Shown here one piece after another: positions 35,702-49,103 of a DNA stretch of 64,000 nt; position 1 is the first letter of the stretch, and each line of letters starts with the position of its first letter. The translations under genes and the position numbers were made by a program. Location: the NCBI GenBank assembly GCA_965202585.1, contig OZ241827.1, forward strand, positions 27,466,001 to 27,530,000, written 5' to 3'. This DNA comes from Thalia democratica (lineage: Eukaryota). A model generated the notes under the pieces. That model had not been told where the DNA came from. It ran no database searches and worked only from the letters and a program-made list of their open reading frames with translations.

Positions 35702-38700
35702 GATAAAAATTTTGGTAAACAGTTGTTAAACTTTTAAAATTTATAATATAAACAGCTTAGCAGTATAATTATCAAACTTTTCATATTAAACGCTACGTAC
35801 AATGTACATGCTAATACAACAACTTTAGTATAATAATGAGTGCATGTTACATTAATTACAACTTAAAAAGAAGTATTTATTACATAAGTTGTTAATGTTT
35901 CGAAGTTTTTTAAGTTCACCAAACACTAATATAAGCTGTATAGAAATTTATAGTACAAGTTAATGAGGAATCTAATAAAAGTTCCACAGCATAGCTGTTA
36001 TACTGCCTATGAGCGTCTCGCCACACTGTTTTTCAAAAATTACACTTTAAGTTAAAAAGAGACGTTTACCTGTGTTGATTGTTATACATGTTATAATTCT
36101 TAAATTATCGCAACCCTGATTTACAGTGTAAAAGTTAGGATTATTAAGAAAGGGTATGCAGAAACATTATTTAAATTAAAAATGTTGCTAGGACATTAAG
36201 TATGTACTGACAAAAACATAAAATCTACAAAATAACTTCTTATGTAATTAGAGCTTTTAGCAGAAGTTTAAGTAAATTACTTATATATCAAGCGGTAATC
36301 ATATTATAATTTAGAAAAATACAAAGCACATTGTTACTAGACATTAGATAACCTTGTCACATGACTATTCAAATTACAACAGTTCAACTTCTAACAGTTT
36401 TTTTTTTTTTAAATTAAAGGGCCAAATCTGAAAAAATAATTTATATTCGAAAAAAACAACCATGCGTAATTAAAAAATTATGACAGTAAAAAAAATAGAT
36501 AACTTTAAAAATCAATAAAATTAACTGGATTTTATAAACTTATTTTAGCCATATCTCAAAAAATATTAAAAATTTTGTAAAAATAAAAAGTTATTATGTA
36601 GGTCTAATCAATAAGATTACAACAGCACAAAAAAAAATTGTAAAATTGCTATTTAAAATTTAAAATTAATATAGTTTAAATTGTCAAAATCTGAATAGTC
36701 GTGCACCCAGATTACCCATAACTTTTTCATAAGGTGTTCCTATAATCTTCTAAAAGATTTTTTTTCTAAGTTTGTCGTACCTCTCAATTTTTATCACCCT
36801 TTCATTATTCAATCTATATATTCGTTTGATATTTATCATAAAGGGAAATATTTTACCTTATATAACTAGTATTCATAACAAAACACTGATTTGTAAACCA
36901 TACTATGTTGTTTATACGATATCAACACCTTTAAAGAACTCAGAATGTTTGTAATCGTGTTAAATTTCGCACTTTTTTATGTAAGCCTGATATTCTTTTG
37001 ACACCAGTTCAACGGAAACTTAAGACTATGTAACAATTTATATGTTTATACGTATCTCACAACAAAATTGAAACCACAAAAAGTGAATTTACGTAAGTTG
37101 ACAACATCAATTCATCTAGCTTTGATCCAAAAAAATGTTTACTGTTTCTAATTTACCGCTTTTTAAATGAAATATTGCTAGACTTTGAGTAGTTATAGTT
37201 ATATTAAGATCGTCGTAATGCTCTGAAAAAATAATTTTAAGCTCAAAAACTCACTTTAGTAATATCTAAACTTTGAAAATAAATTTGCAGTCATTTGAAG
37301 AAAAAAAAGGACAACAATTTCTACTGAAGTTTTTTTATAGTTATCAACCTTGTACTACTTATAACGTAATTATTATTTTTTATGAAACAAAACAAAACTT
37401 TATCTAAAAATAAACAAAAATTAAAAAAAAAAATTTTATACAAATTTTTGTTCAGAAATAACTAATTTGATACTAGTAGAATAATATGTTAAAAAAGAAT
37501 TTTGTTTATTAAACTTTGTTCATTTTATGACTTTTATACATTACTTAGAATTTTCCATTTGATTTGAATAAAGATCCAATATTACAAAAATTTTTTAGAC
37601 TAAAAAGTAATAAAATTTACATCCTTTTTTTAGATATGTTTAATTATAACAACGGATAATCATTAAAATAAGTTTTTATTTTATAATAAGTTTACATTTT
37701 TTAGAATTTGGTGCTCTTTATTTAGATCAATTACAGTGCTTATTGAAGAAACTTTAAAAAAAACTCGTAACTTTTTCATATATTTTTTTAATCATGATAA
37801 ATAAACAGTTGCTTATTTATCTAAACATGCACAAGTTTTAAACTAGCAGTTAAACGTTCTCTAATTTTGAACGATTATAAGCACTAAATTGTTAGTAAGA
37901 AAAATTTTTTTATGAAGCACAGTTTAAATTACACTTTACATGAACTTTTTTGACTAAACTCGAACTTTACATAACTTCGTACATAACACATTAAAAAAGG
38001 TAGGTTTTGTTTTATTTAATTATTAAACTTGATTTTTATTGATAAAAAGTTTACTACTCATCATCAAAAAGTTCCTCTTAAGTAAACCTTATTATAGTAT
38101 TTTTATAGATAACTCTAACAAAACAGAACTTTATAAGTTTTCCAGGTAATATTTCTTAGAGCTCGCTTTAAATTACCTATTGTAATAAGCATCAGGTAAT
38201 ACATTTGAAGTTGTGTAAAATCTGAAAAGTAATCCATTTAGAAAGTAAGAAGAACATGTTTTAATAAAATCATTTGTATTTTTTCACTTATGCTTGACAT
38301 TTTTATCTAATCAAAAATCTTAATACCGTAATATATGTCTTATTTTTGTGAATTTGTTGATAAAATCATCACATTTACTGGTATAATGATGTAACATTTT
38401 AGATTCTAAGCAATTTACTGTTTACCTTTAAACAAAATAGTGTACAGGTTTGAAAGTAAAATATTATTTGATTTATTCTGAAGCACTTAATTAACATTAT
38501 TAATTATTTAATACTTGTTAAATCTTGTCCTGGACAAGACGTTAAAAGGTATGCAAGTGATGTGCAATTTGATAATCGAAAGGTTTTTTGTGCACCAGCT
38601 CCTAGGACCAAATATTTTGAGAGAGTTTAAAAAACTTTGGTCATTAAATAAATCACTGAAGTCTTTCAATCTATATATAAGTCTGGTGAACACTTGTGCA

Positions 38701-41700
38701 CAGTAGTGTGTATAGAAATAATTTTATTGTGCAAAAAAAACAGTGAAGTAAAAAATTCTTTTAAATTATGTTTGTTTTGACATTTATGTGAATAAAAACT
38801 AATTATACCAAAAATAAAAAGCTCTTAACACTTATTTATATGTAAAGAGTTTAAAACACAAAAAAAAAGATTTTTTTGATAAGTGTAAGTGTTCAAAGAA
38901 TTTACAACCAAATGCTTTACTTTGCACAGCTATTAAAAAGGTGGAACACCGATGGATAAAATAAAAACCGTAAAAACTATAAGTCTTATAAAATTAATGA
39001 TAATTTACTTTTTCTTTAAAGTTATGTATCAAAATTAAAACGCATATTATTAAGCACAAATTTCATAAGCAATTTTTTATATTAAATAAAGTAACTTTCA
39101 AATACTGGATAATTTTTTCAAACTTTCTTTTATAATAAATCTTTTTTACTTATACAGTGTTTAGTTTTATGTTTTTGCTAGTTTTTTTTTAATAAAGTAA
39201 TTGTTTTTTTATCGCAAAAACAGTACTCTAATTAAAACAAGTTGTTTTTCTTCGTAAACTTAGTTCATTTGAAAATCAAACTATTTTTATCTAGTCGTTT
39301 TATGATAAATAATGTATTGAGGAACGTATTTTTTGACAGTGATATAGTTTTTAAAGTTTGCTTGCTGGTATTTTTTTTCTAATTACAAAGTATGCATAAG
39401 TATGAATAAAAATTAGAGCCTGTTACTTTTTTACATACACATTACGTAGTAAAGTAATTTAATACCTTTTTTCAAATGTACTTTGCATTTTTTATACTGA
39501 TTAACTTCATACTTAAATTAAATTAACTTAATTATTTATTTATGACATAATATTTTAAATCATACTTTATATAATGTTTTAAATCATGAGATAATATTTT
39601 AAAACATACTTTATTTTTACTAACAAAGCAAAAAAGTTGCTTAAAATACTTTAAATTTTTCTAGGTGATTTAATTTGTATTTGTTTTTCTTACATTTGGT
39701 CAAAAATTTTACTCAAAATAAATTAGCCGTTGTATTTTATGTAGAACAGAGAGTTCTATTCATACATGCGAAAAAAACATGAAAAACATACGCATAAGAT
39801 ACTGAATTAAAGTAATACATTTAAAAGATTTGTAGTTCAAACAAGTTTTTTAATAAGTATAATTCTACCTTTTTTTCCTAAAACGTCCTTTTTTGACTTT
39901 TTAAAAAACACTAATAATATTTATTTAGGCAATATTTTGCTCCTGAAACAAGTTTAATGTTACAAAAAGCTTTTTCTCAAAAACAGGTCGAGTAATGTTA
40001 CAAGAAAAAAAATATAAATATCAATTTTCAAACGTTTTTTAATAAAGTCTGTATATATATATTGAAAACTTGAGAAGCAAACTTTTAAGAGTAGGAGTGG
40101 TATGGGTTTGTCTCATTTACTTTGTTATAACACATGTCACTACCTAACATAAATATCAAAACAAGGTTTTAAATAAGCTAAAAAACAAACTTTTTTAAGT
40201 TCAAGTTTCTTAAATGAGAACAAACGTATATAATGACTTAGTTCTTTTTCGTACCATAATGTATAAAGTTTAAGAGAAAATATTAAAAACGTAAAAAAGT
40301 AGTTCACAGTTAAAAAATCTACAGTTAAACTTGTATCCACTTGTTAAAAATTATGTGAAAAAGCATCACGTCATTACAGCTACCATTCATGGGAAAAATT
40401 ACCGGATAAGTTTTTATATTTAATCCTAAACTAAACATTAGTAAAACAGTAAATTCCGTCTTTTTCTTAGTAAAGTTTTTAATGTCATTAAAAGGTCATC
40501 TAATACGATTTATGCATATTATAATAAAAAGTACATCTTTTGTTAATGCACTCTCACAAATTTGGTTCAGAAAACTCTCTGTTTTGTTTTATTTTCTCTT
40601 ATCAATGAACGCTCTCTTTGAATAATCACACATGTACAAAATATTTTTAATCACTTAATCCGTGTTAGGTGTTAGTAATGGGTTACATAAACCTTGTTAA
40701 CTAATTAGTACTAGTTAACACGTTGTTATGTTATCCTGTAAAAGTCTAAAGCCATAATAATTTTCTTATATTTAAAATACCTATTTAAAACACTTACCTC
40801 CTTTAATATCTAAAAACTAAGAAATATTCTTACTAGCTTTATGGTTCCTTAAAAAAATAATAATTAAAATAAACAGTAAAAAAGTATAAAAAAGTTATTT
40901 TTCCAGTTTTTATTATATTTAAAATAACTAGAATTAACATTTTTACACGCGATAAGAAAAATCAAAATTTAGGTTTTTGAAATATACTTAAAAAATTTTT
41001 AGTTGCAAATATTAATAAACTTTTGGGACTTTTCACCTTTTGTTAAAATATCGTAGTAATTTTTTTAACTTAAGTTTTATTTTGTTTTTAAGCTTAATAA
41101 AACATATATTTTATAATAAAAATATAGAGAAACTTTCCAAGACTTTGTTTGCAAAAACTTGAGCAAGGTTTATGCATATTAATAAACATCCATACACTGC
41201 TTTGAATACAATTCAACAAACATGTTAATCAAATGTACGTTTTGCTGGTTAAGAAACTATAAAGTTTTAATTAGAAACGTACTGAGTGTGATTATATTGA
41301 ACCAATCTCGTAAACTGTGCTTTTTTTTTGAAAAGAAAGAAAAGTACAAATAAATATAACAGTAACAAATACATTTTGCACATTTTTTTAGAAACCAAAA
41401 TTTTTCACTACAACCAGCTAAATCAGTAAAGAAACAGATTAAAGGCAATAGGTTTACCGATAACTAAAATATAATTAAAAAGTGAAGTAAAGTTAAGACT
41501 ACTGAAGAAAAATTAATTAAAATTATTCGACTTATGCTTTTTTACTATGGCGTTAGAAACCTTGATACATATAATTTTTACACCGAAAGAATATAATTTG
41601 CTAATAAATAAAACGTTAAAACTAAAACTAATAATATTTCTTAACAAGTTAAAAAGTATTTCAGTAATCATAGCTAGTTTTTACAAAATTTTAAAATTGG

Positions 41701-44700
41701 TATTTGTCTATATCATTTTAAGTTAAACTAATGTTATAGTTTAAATTTTGTAAATAATAAACATAAGCACATGCACACGAAGAACAATGTCTTTATTAGT
41801 TTTATCAGTTTTAATAGCAAAAGTGTAAATTCTAAGAATTAAAGCATAAAAGCTTGCTCAAAGAAAATAATAAAATTTCTAAAATTTAATAATTTTTTTG
41901 AAAAGGTTTTGTTGTAAAGATGAAGTCATTCAAAAAGTCCGCGCCTTAACCAGGCCTGCACTTAAAAAATCTTGAAAGTATTGAGATTAAAACTTGTAAA
42001 CAAAATGTTATTTAAACTTTAGTGTGAACATCATATTGTCCTAATTGCAATAATTTTTATGAACTTTGCTATTTTTTAAAAACAGATTTTTTATTAGAAA
42101 ATATTTGTATGCACAATTAAACTAGTTCTAAAAAAGTACTAATTATTTTTTTATTTTAATTAAGCTTTACAATATGTTAACCTTTTAATAGATTTGTTGA
42201 AAAAAAAAAGAAAAACTAAATAGTGATTTACCACAATTTATTTTAGCTCATTATTTTTAATACTAATTTTGAAAACCAATTGCTTTAAATAATCTATATA
42301 AATCTACATTTTAGACTAAAATCTGTACGTGCTGTTAGTTGATTAGTTACAACTAGGTTACTAAAAGTAAGAAGTTATAGATATGATCATTCATTATTGA
42401 ATTATTTTTTATGTTCTAAATATTTCTAAAGACTTCTTTTTACTAAGAACACGTATAATAAGTTGTTTATATTTCTTAATGTTTAAAAATTAGTTTAAAC
42501 CTTATTATAAAACTGCTTTAAAGAGCAAGTTTTCACACTTTTCTTACGTCATAATAAACTTGTGAACTGATTTGTTTTGATAATTAACCTACATTTTATA
42601 AGTTCTTAATAGACGCACATACCATTTTAACGAGTGGGTTACTAAAAAATATGTTTTTCATACACTTCCTATTGTTTTCCTTTGAAATTAAAATGCTTCT
42701 TGGTCATGAAAACGCATTAGTATTATTAATCTGTTTCTGTTTTAAAATTAAGTGTTTTCTAAAATGTAATTTTTACCGTGTCCTGAATAGTACTCACAAA
42801 AATTCCTGAATAAAAACTCATTTGACAGTTAAATTTTTTACTAAAGTCAAACATTAAAAATAGTTATAATAAAACTTACTTGATAAGCTTCTACTAAGTT
42901 TTATAATTTAAACGAATATTTATTTCTTCATGTTTTTTTAGTTGTTTAGATATTAAAGTTATAAAAATTTCTTTTTTACAACAAAAAATTTACAACAGTT
43001 GTTCTTTAACTATTTCATAATCACTAATTCTATGAAAAGTCGACCACTAAGTTTATACTCCTTTCAAAATTAAATAATATTTTGCTATGTCGGATTAAGA
43101 TACATTAAAATTTATTAAAAGCTTACAACAAAATAGAAAAGGAACAAAAAATAAAATATTATTTCCTACCACAACGCACATTTAATCACTCAAGAAGTTA
43201 AACATATAAATATAATAATATGAACACTAGAATTGTGCACATATTTACATTTTAAAATGTTTGGTTAACTGCAGATTCTGTAAATACGTTACTGATTTTT
43301 TTGATGCAAACATTTTCTTGTAAAAACTATTTTATTTTTCTATTAAACTCAAATTAAGTTATTTAAAGTTAAATAAAACTATTTACTTTAACTAAAACCG
43401 TGTTTTACATAAATTAACTACTATAATAAAACGTTTTAATTTATCTTTTAAAATATAAAATACTAAATCTATTTGTAACAACTCCAATTTTTTTTGGAGT
43501 AAGTAAAAGTCACTAATTTATGAATAGTTAAAACTAGGTTTCAAGTTCAAAGGCAGTAAGTATACATATTAAACATTCAACTGATATAAATAGTTTTGTT
43601 ATGTTAATTACAAGAAAAATGAAGTTAACATGCAGACCAAAATATTTGTATAAAAGTTTAAACATCAATTAAACTCTTGAAGAAAGTTTTTTTTATTTTT
43701 TAAATGTTGACTAAAATATTTTAACAAATATCAAGGTCAGTTGATAAATTACCTTCAACTTTGAAAAAATAGACTGTTGACCTTTTTAACACATAACAAA
43801 ACACTAAACAAACGCTTTTTTTTTTGTAAAATTAAAGTTTTACTGTAATGCTCATAAGTGAGCAGTGTTAAATTTTACGAATTAGTTTTGTAAGCTTAAA
43901 TATCTACTTGAAATATAATTAGTAACTTTTTTAATATAGATTTACCATGATGCTGGTTTTTTACTAAATTTTAAGCAAATTAATAAAAAAGTAACACTTT
44001 TAAATACTAAAGTTCTTTTTTATGTTTTATTATGCACATTCGTTTTTTTTTTTGATAACTGTTTTAAGATCTAGATTTTTTATAAAAACTTATACTTTTT
44101 TTAGTTTACTGTTTATTTTTCGCACACATTTTTAAGCTTGTATATCAAAAAATAGCTTTTTAAGTTTCGTTTGCAATTTTGCATCTACATTTTTAAACAT
44201 ATAAAATAACTAAAAATACTAAGAAATTTCTTTAAAACACTAGTTTAAAGAAAAAACAATTTGTTTTATAACGACTTTTATCATAAACTTACTTTAAAAT
44301 AAATAGTTAGTTGTTGAAATAATATAGTTCACTTAGTAAAACTTTAGAACTTTACGAACAAAACTGCAAGGTGAGACTTAACTTTTGTGATATAGAGAAA
44401 ACTGATTGTTATTATAATTGATAAGTTTTTGATTTTCTAAATCACAGTTTTTATCTTCGGCAAAAGAATTTGTATGTTTTATTTTTGCCTTAATGTTAAT
44501 GCAAAGGATAAAAATTTAATTTTAAGTTCCTATTTCACACTTTTTAGTTTTACTTTAATGTAAAAAAGTCTATTTTTTCTTAACTTTAAAGTACATTGAA
44601 TTTAAAGTAAATTGAATGTTATACTATTTTGAGAAGTATTTAAGACACTAAGCTTGAACTAGGTATTCTAAGATAGCTTCTACAAGTTATTCCTAAAATG

Positions 44701-47700
44701 TTTAAAACTATAAAGTTTTGTGTTACAACTTAAAGAAGGTATGACTTCAACGTGGTTTCAACATGACTTAAAAACTGTCAACTTATCTGAAACCATTGAA
44801 GTCATCTTGTGAGGTGGCAAATTGTTTAGTACGTCATCAAATATTATCTCAAGTTTTGCTTTGTAGTTAGACAAGTTACTATTACTGTGTGGGAAATACT
44901 TGTCAAAATTAACAATAAATGTTTGGTTTCAAACGTAAATTTTAAACAAAGAAAATTTGTTACTGCAAAAAAATCGGTTTTGTATGAAACTAAAACTTCG
45001 ATTAAAATCGCAATAAATCATTATAATCATGAAGATACACTCAAAAGTTTAAGAGCCACGAATAAATATTAATTTAATGAGTTTTTAAAATTTTATTGCA
45101 AAAAACAGGAATAATTGTATTCAAGTCCGATTGTTTTAAAATAGTTAAAAGTTGTTTTTATTTATACTTTAAGAATTTTTTTTCATTAAATTAGTTGTTT
45201 AACATAATAATATTGGTCAAGGACTTTAAATTTTATTTACTTTTAAACTGAAGTTTGCTTTAGTAGTTTTATGGTTCATTTATATGTTTTAAAAGTAATC
45301 AAAAATAAATTTATAAAAGCTTTAAAAACATAAATTCATAAACATTAGTTCGTAAAAATAAGTTCGTAAACATAACTTCATAAGTTATATTTAGTTCATA
45401 AAAAATAAGACAATGTGTTTAGTTTTAATTAGAACTATTAGCAGTTAATTTTTTTAAGAGTTATTATTTTAGTACACAAGAACGTCAAAATAAAAACTAT
45501 AAATTGTATAAATGAAATTTAAAACATTGAAATCTGTATTTTTATTTGTTAATTTCTAGTTAATAAGTCCATTACATAATAACATTAAAGTTTAGTTAAG
45601 AAACAAAAGCTAATAGTCGATATAAGTACATGCAAACTCACATACATTATTCAAATATAAGGTTTTCTGCTTAATTTTGTGACTGAAACTAGAGCTTTAA
45701 AGCTAAAACTATTCTTCAAGCATCATCTTTTTTTTAATTTAAAACTGAAGTGCATCAACTTGTGAGGCGCATGACGTTATTGTTTACAAAGCTCACAAAA
45801 TCACACAGATTAGCATGCACAGTTTGTAAACAAGATGTAGCAATTGCTCCTAATGCGTGGGAATCAACTGCGTTGCTTACATGTAACTTAAGTTTAAACT
45901 AGTTTGTAAGTTCATCAACCTACGTTCATTTTTTTTGTAATTGTAATATTGCAGTATAGTGATAATTTTTTTAGGACCATCGCATAAGCTTGAAACAACT
46001 TGTAAAAATATAAATTGTGTACTAAGTTTGAACGAGAAGTTTTATCAATCCAGTATGATAACTAAACAAGAAGTTCTTAAAAACCCAAACAAAATATTCG
46101 TAGTAAAACAAACAAAAATGTTTTTTTAACAAAAGTATCAAAAAAGTAGTGATTTTTGAAAAATTTCTTCTCAGCTAATTATGGACAAAATTTTATATTT
46201 ACTTTTAATTTCTTAAATGTTTTCGTATTTCATTTAGTATTTAGGTCCTGTAGAAAAATTCAATTTTTTTGTATAAAAATGGTATATGCTTCTAACAACA
46301 AAAGTTTTTTATAGTTAATGATATCAAAATAAGTTTTGTAGAAAATTGTGTAATAACATTATCTTTGGCACATTTTATTGTTGCTGCTTTGCGTCATCAT
46401 AACAATAATTTAAGGAGAAAATTAAGCAATAGCTATAAATAAAAAGCTTTTAAGGGATTAAGTGAAAACTTTAAAGTTATATAAAAAACAAGACTATTAT
46501 TAACCTATTTTTTGTTTAACTGTTGTAGAAAAAAATCTTACGGAAGCAGAATGACTGAATTATTGCTGTAAAACTAGCAACAAAAATATTATTCCTGATA
46601 AAAAACATTTAGCTAAACTATCTGTAACCTTTTCTTTTTAAGTTAAGTTTTACTTGCACTAAAAATATGCTAAAACTTGCTTGATAATAAAAGTTTAGTT
46701 TATAACCTAGCTTTTAGTTATCTTATTATGTGGTTTGTTGCTGTTTTTGTAACTTAAATTATCTTTGTTATGTCCTAATTCTTCTCCAGTTATGTATCTG
46801 CGTTGAATTTTAGTTTCAGTTTAAATTTTTAGTTTAGTATTAAATATAGAAACTTGAGTGTTTTTTATTTTAACACTACTTGTTGTAAAGCTTTGGTACA
46901 AAACAAAACTAAATAGTAGTAAGTAAATGAATACAAAAACTAATAAATGCAACAGTTTTAAAATATTTCTAAATAAATTTTTATTTAGTTGCTATAAAGT
47001 CAAGTTTAATATTTTTTTAAAAAGTTTATATTAAGTAAATAAGTATATAAGCTTTTTGTAAATGTAGTTTTTTAAAAGCTAAGCTATTTAATTAAAGCTT
47101 AAATAGTAACTAGTACAGAAATAAATGGTGGTGTAAAAGATATGATATGTAATTATAACTAAATAGCTGACTTAAAAGGTATTTTTGTACAACTATTTTT
47201 ACATACTTCAAATTCATAAAATTTAATGGTAAATATTTACTAACATACTTACTAGTGCTCTGTTAAGTACTACTTTACAAGGTTAAGAAGTAAACTTTTT
47301 GTTTAATAAATGTAAAGACAGTGCTATTATTTATGTTATTTAAATATTATTTCAGGATTTTATGAAACATTTTAATTAACAAATTATTATAATTTTTAAC
47401 TTTTAAAATTTTAAAGGTTTAAACTTTAGCTTTGCCTTAAGATGTTAAACAAGTGTATTTGAAAGATGTCACAAAAGTAGATCAAATAGCTTGTAAATAT
47501 TATAAAGCAAAAACACAAGTTTTTAATGTATAATTTATTGTCATATATTCCGTATTTGAAATATATCACAATGATTGACAGGAGACATTAAAAACACGTT
47601 AATCATCTTACATAAACTTTTTGTATCAACAGTCCGATAAATTCTTTTTGTTAATCTCTCATTAAAATTGTAATGTTGATTTAAATCCTCGTTCCAAAAG

Positions 47701-48517
47701 TTAAATAATGAACAATCATAAATTTTGCTCAAGTGACATTTATGGCAAATATAGAAAACTAGATTTATCGCTTTTTGTCACATAATTTCATAAACAAGCT
47801 TTCATAATAATATTCTACTTTGACGTTTTTTTTTTTTATTGTACCCATCTGCTTAAAATTCAGTTAGTGTTTCTTTTTAAAGTAATCTCTATTCAAAATA
47901 TTTATCGCAATAATATATAAATACCATGATAATATCCCAATTTGTTTTTAAACTATGTTTTAAAAAATATATACTTTATAGTCTTTAAACTTTTTGAACA
48001 ATTTTAAATCTTGTTTTTTAATATATAAAATTTTAAAATACCCTAACTGTACAATACTTGCATCAAAATATAGTATTTTGACAAATTCAAATGGTTGTTT
48101 TAATTAAGGTTGTATATAAGAAAATATTAACATCATTAGAACTAATAAAGAATTCATTATATCAATATTTATTTCCAAATTAGGTATGTGTAAATATTTA
48201 TTTAAACCAAGTTGTTAAATTTCAGAATTGCAAAATTTAATTAAAAATAATTTCATAATTATGATAAATTATTTTTTTGAGTCTAAATATTTTATATATA
48301 CTTATAAGTCTTCTGTTTTTGTATAGACTTTATATTTACTATACATGACAACTGCCAACGCATAAGTATCTAACAAATGACCTCATCAATTGTAACTATA
48401 AAGCACAATTTGTTTTAAAAAACAAAAAAATTGCTAGTATATGTTTTTTTTTCGAATAATAAACAAAGATATTTTCTTGTACAAGGAGAATCAGTACAAT
48501 ATAATTCTTCCTAGATT

Positions 48518-48815
48518 TTATTATGCAAACAGTGTTACGCTCAATGAGCTCATCAGTGCTTAAATTAAAGTTCTGAAAAAGAAATATTCAAAACATTTTT
48601 TCTAAAAGTTACGATTTCACCATTCATTACTAAAATAGTCAATTAACTTTAATTTTAAGATGATAATTTGATTTTTTTTTGGTTTTTAAAGTAAAGATTT
48701 GTTTGTTTTTCTTTTAAGATACCAGCATTTTAGCAATTTTCAATGACTTTTGAATATTTAATTTCACTTATGAGCGTTGATAAGCTCATTGAGCAAAACA
48801 GTGTTTGCATGGTAA
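48518..48815. repeat. ~298-bp element bounded by ~43-bp imperfect inverted repeats with hammerhead-like cores
   Basis: Arms 48518-48560 and 48772-48815 with about 8 mismatches. A patchy match (AAATATTCAAAA) continues inward. Confidence 0.75.
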
Positions 48816-49005
48816 AAAAAAATTTAATTAAGTAGTAGAAAAAAATTACCTAAGTATTCTTGAATTTTATTTTTGGATAAAATAAAAAGTCAAAATAATT
48901 TTTGACAACCTGTTTTCAGTTAAAAAAAGTATAAAATTGCTTTATAAACACTTTAAAACAAATTTATAATTAATGAGTATAAAAATAAAAGTTTTTAAAA
49001 AGATA

Positions 49006-49103
49006 TTAAACTGTACCCGTGGTGTATGACTCTACAACCGAACAGTTTTATCGTACGCTAGGTACTTGAACAAAAAATAAATAGCGCTTTTTTTGTCGTT
49101 TAA
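49006..49103 (-). repeat. Dispersed ~97-bp family, copy 2 (reverse strand)
   Basis: Reverse complement reads TTAAACGACAAAAAAAGCGCT..TTGTTCAAGTACCTAGCGTACGATAAAACTGTTCGGTTGTAGAGTCATACACCACGGGTACAGTTTAA. Confidence 0.8.

Larger units (their letters stand above)
33782..35712. mobile_element. Candidate ~1.9-kb decayed foldback MULE-family element
   Basis: GGGA start resembling the terminus of the 490-bp element, inward-facing arrays, AT-rich ORF-less interior. Only an imperfect (7/9) TSD candidate, TAGTAAACT/TGGTAAACA, and no CCC right terminus. Confidence 0.5.

Noticed and set aside
36700-37020. Purine-rich minus-strand stretch reading like decayed protein
   Set aside because: Multiple in-frame stops, not clearly fewer than AT-rich background, and no recognisable family.
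38508-38706. Overlapping short ORFs and the palindrome TCTTGTCC-T-GGACAAGA
   Set aside because: No splice signals or known motif; short palindromes are expected by chance.
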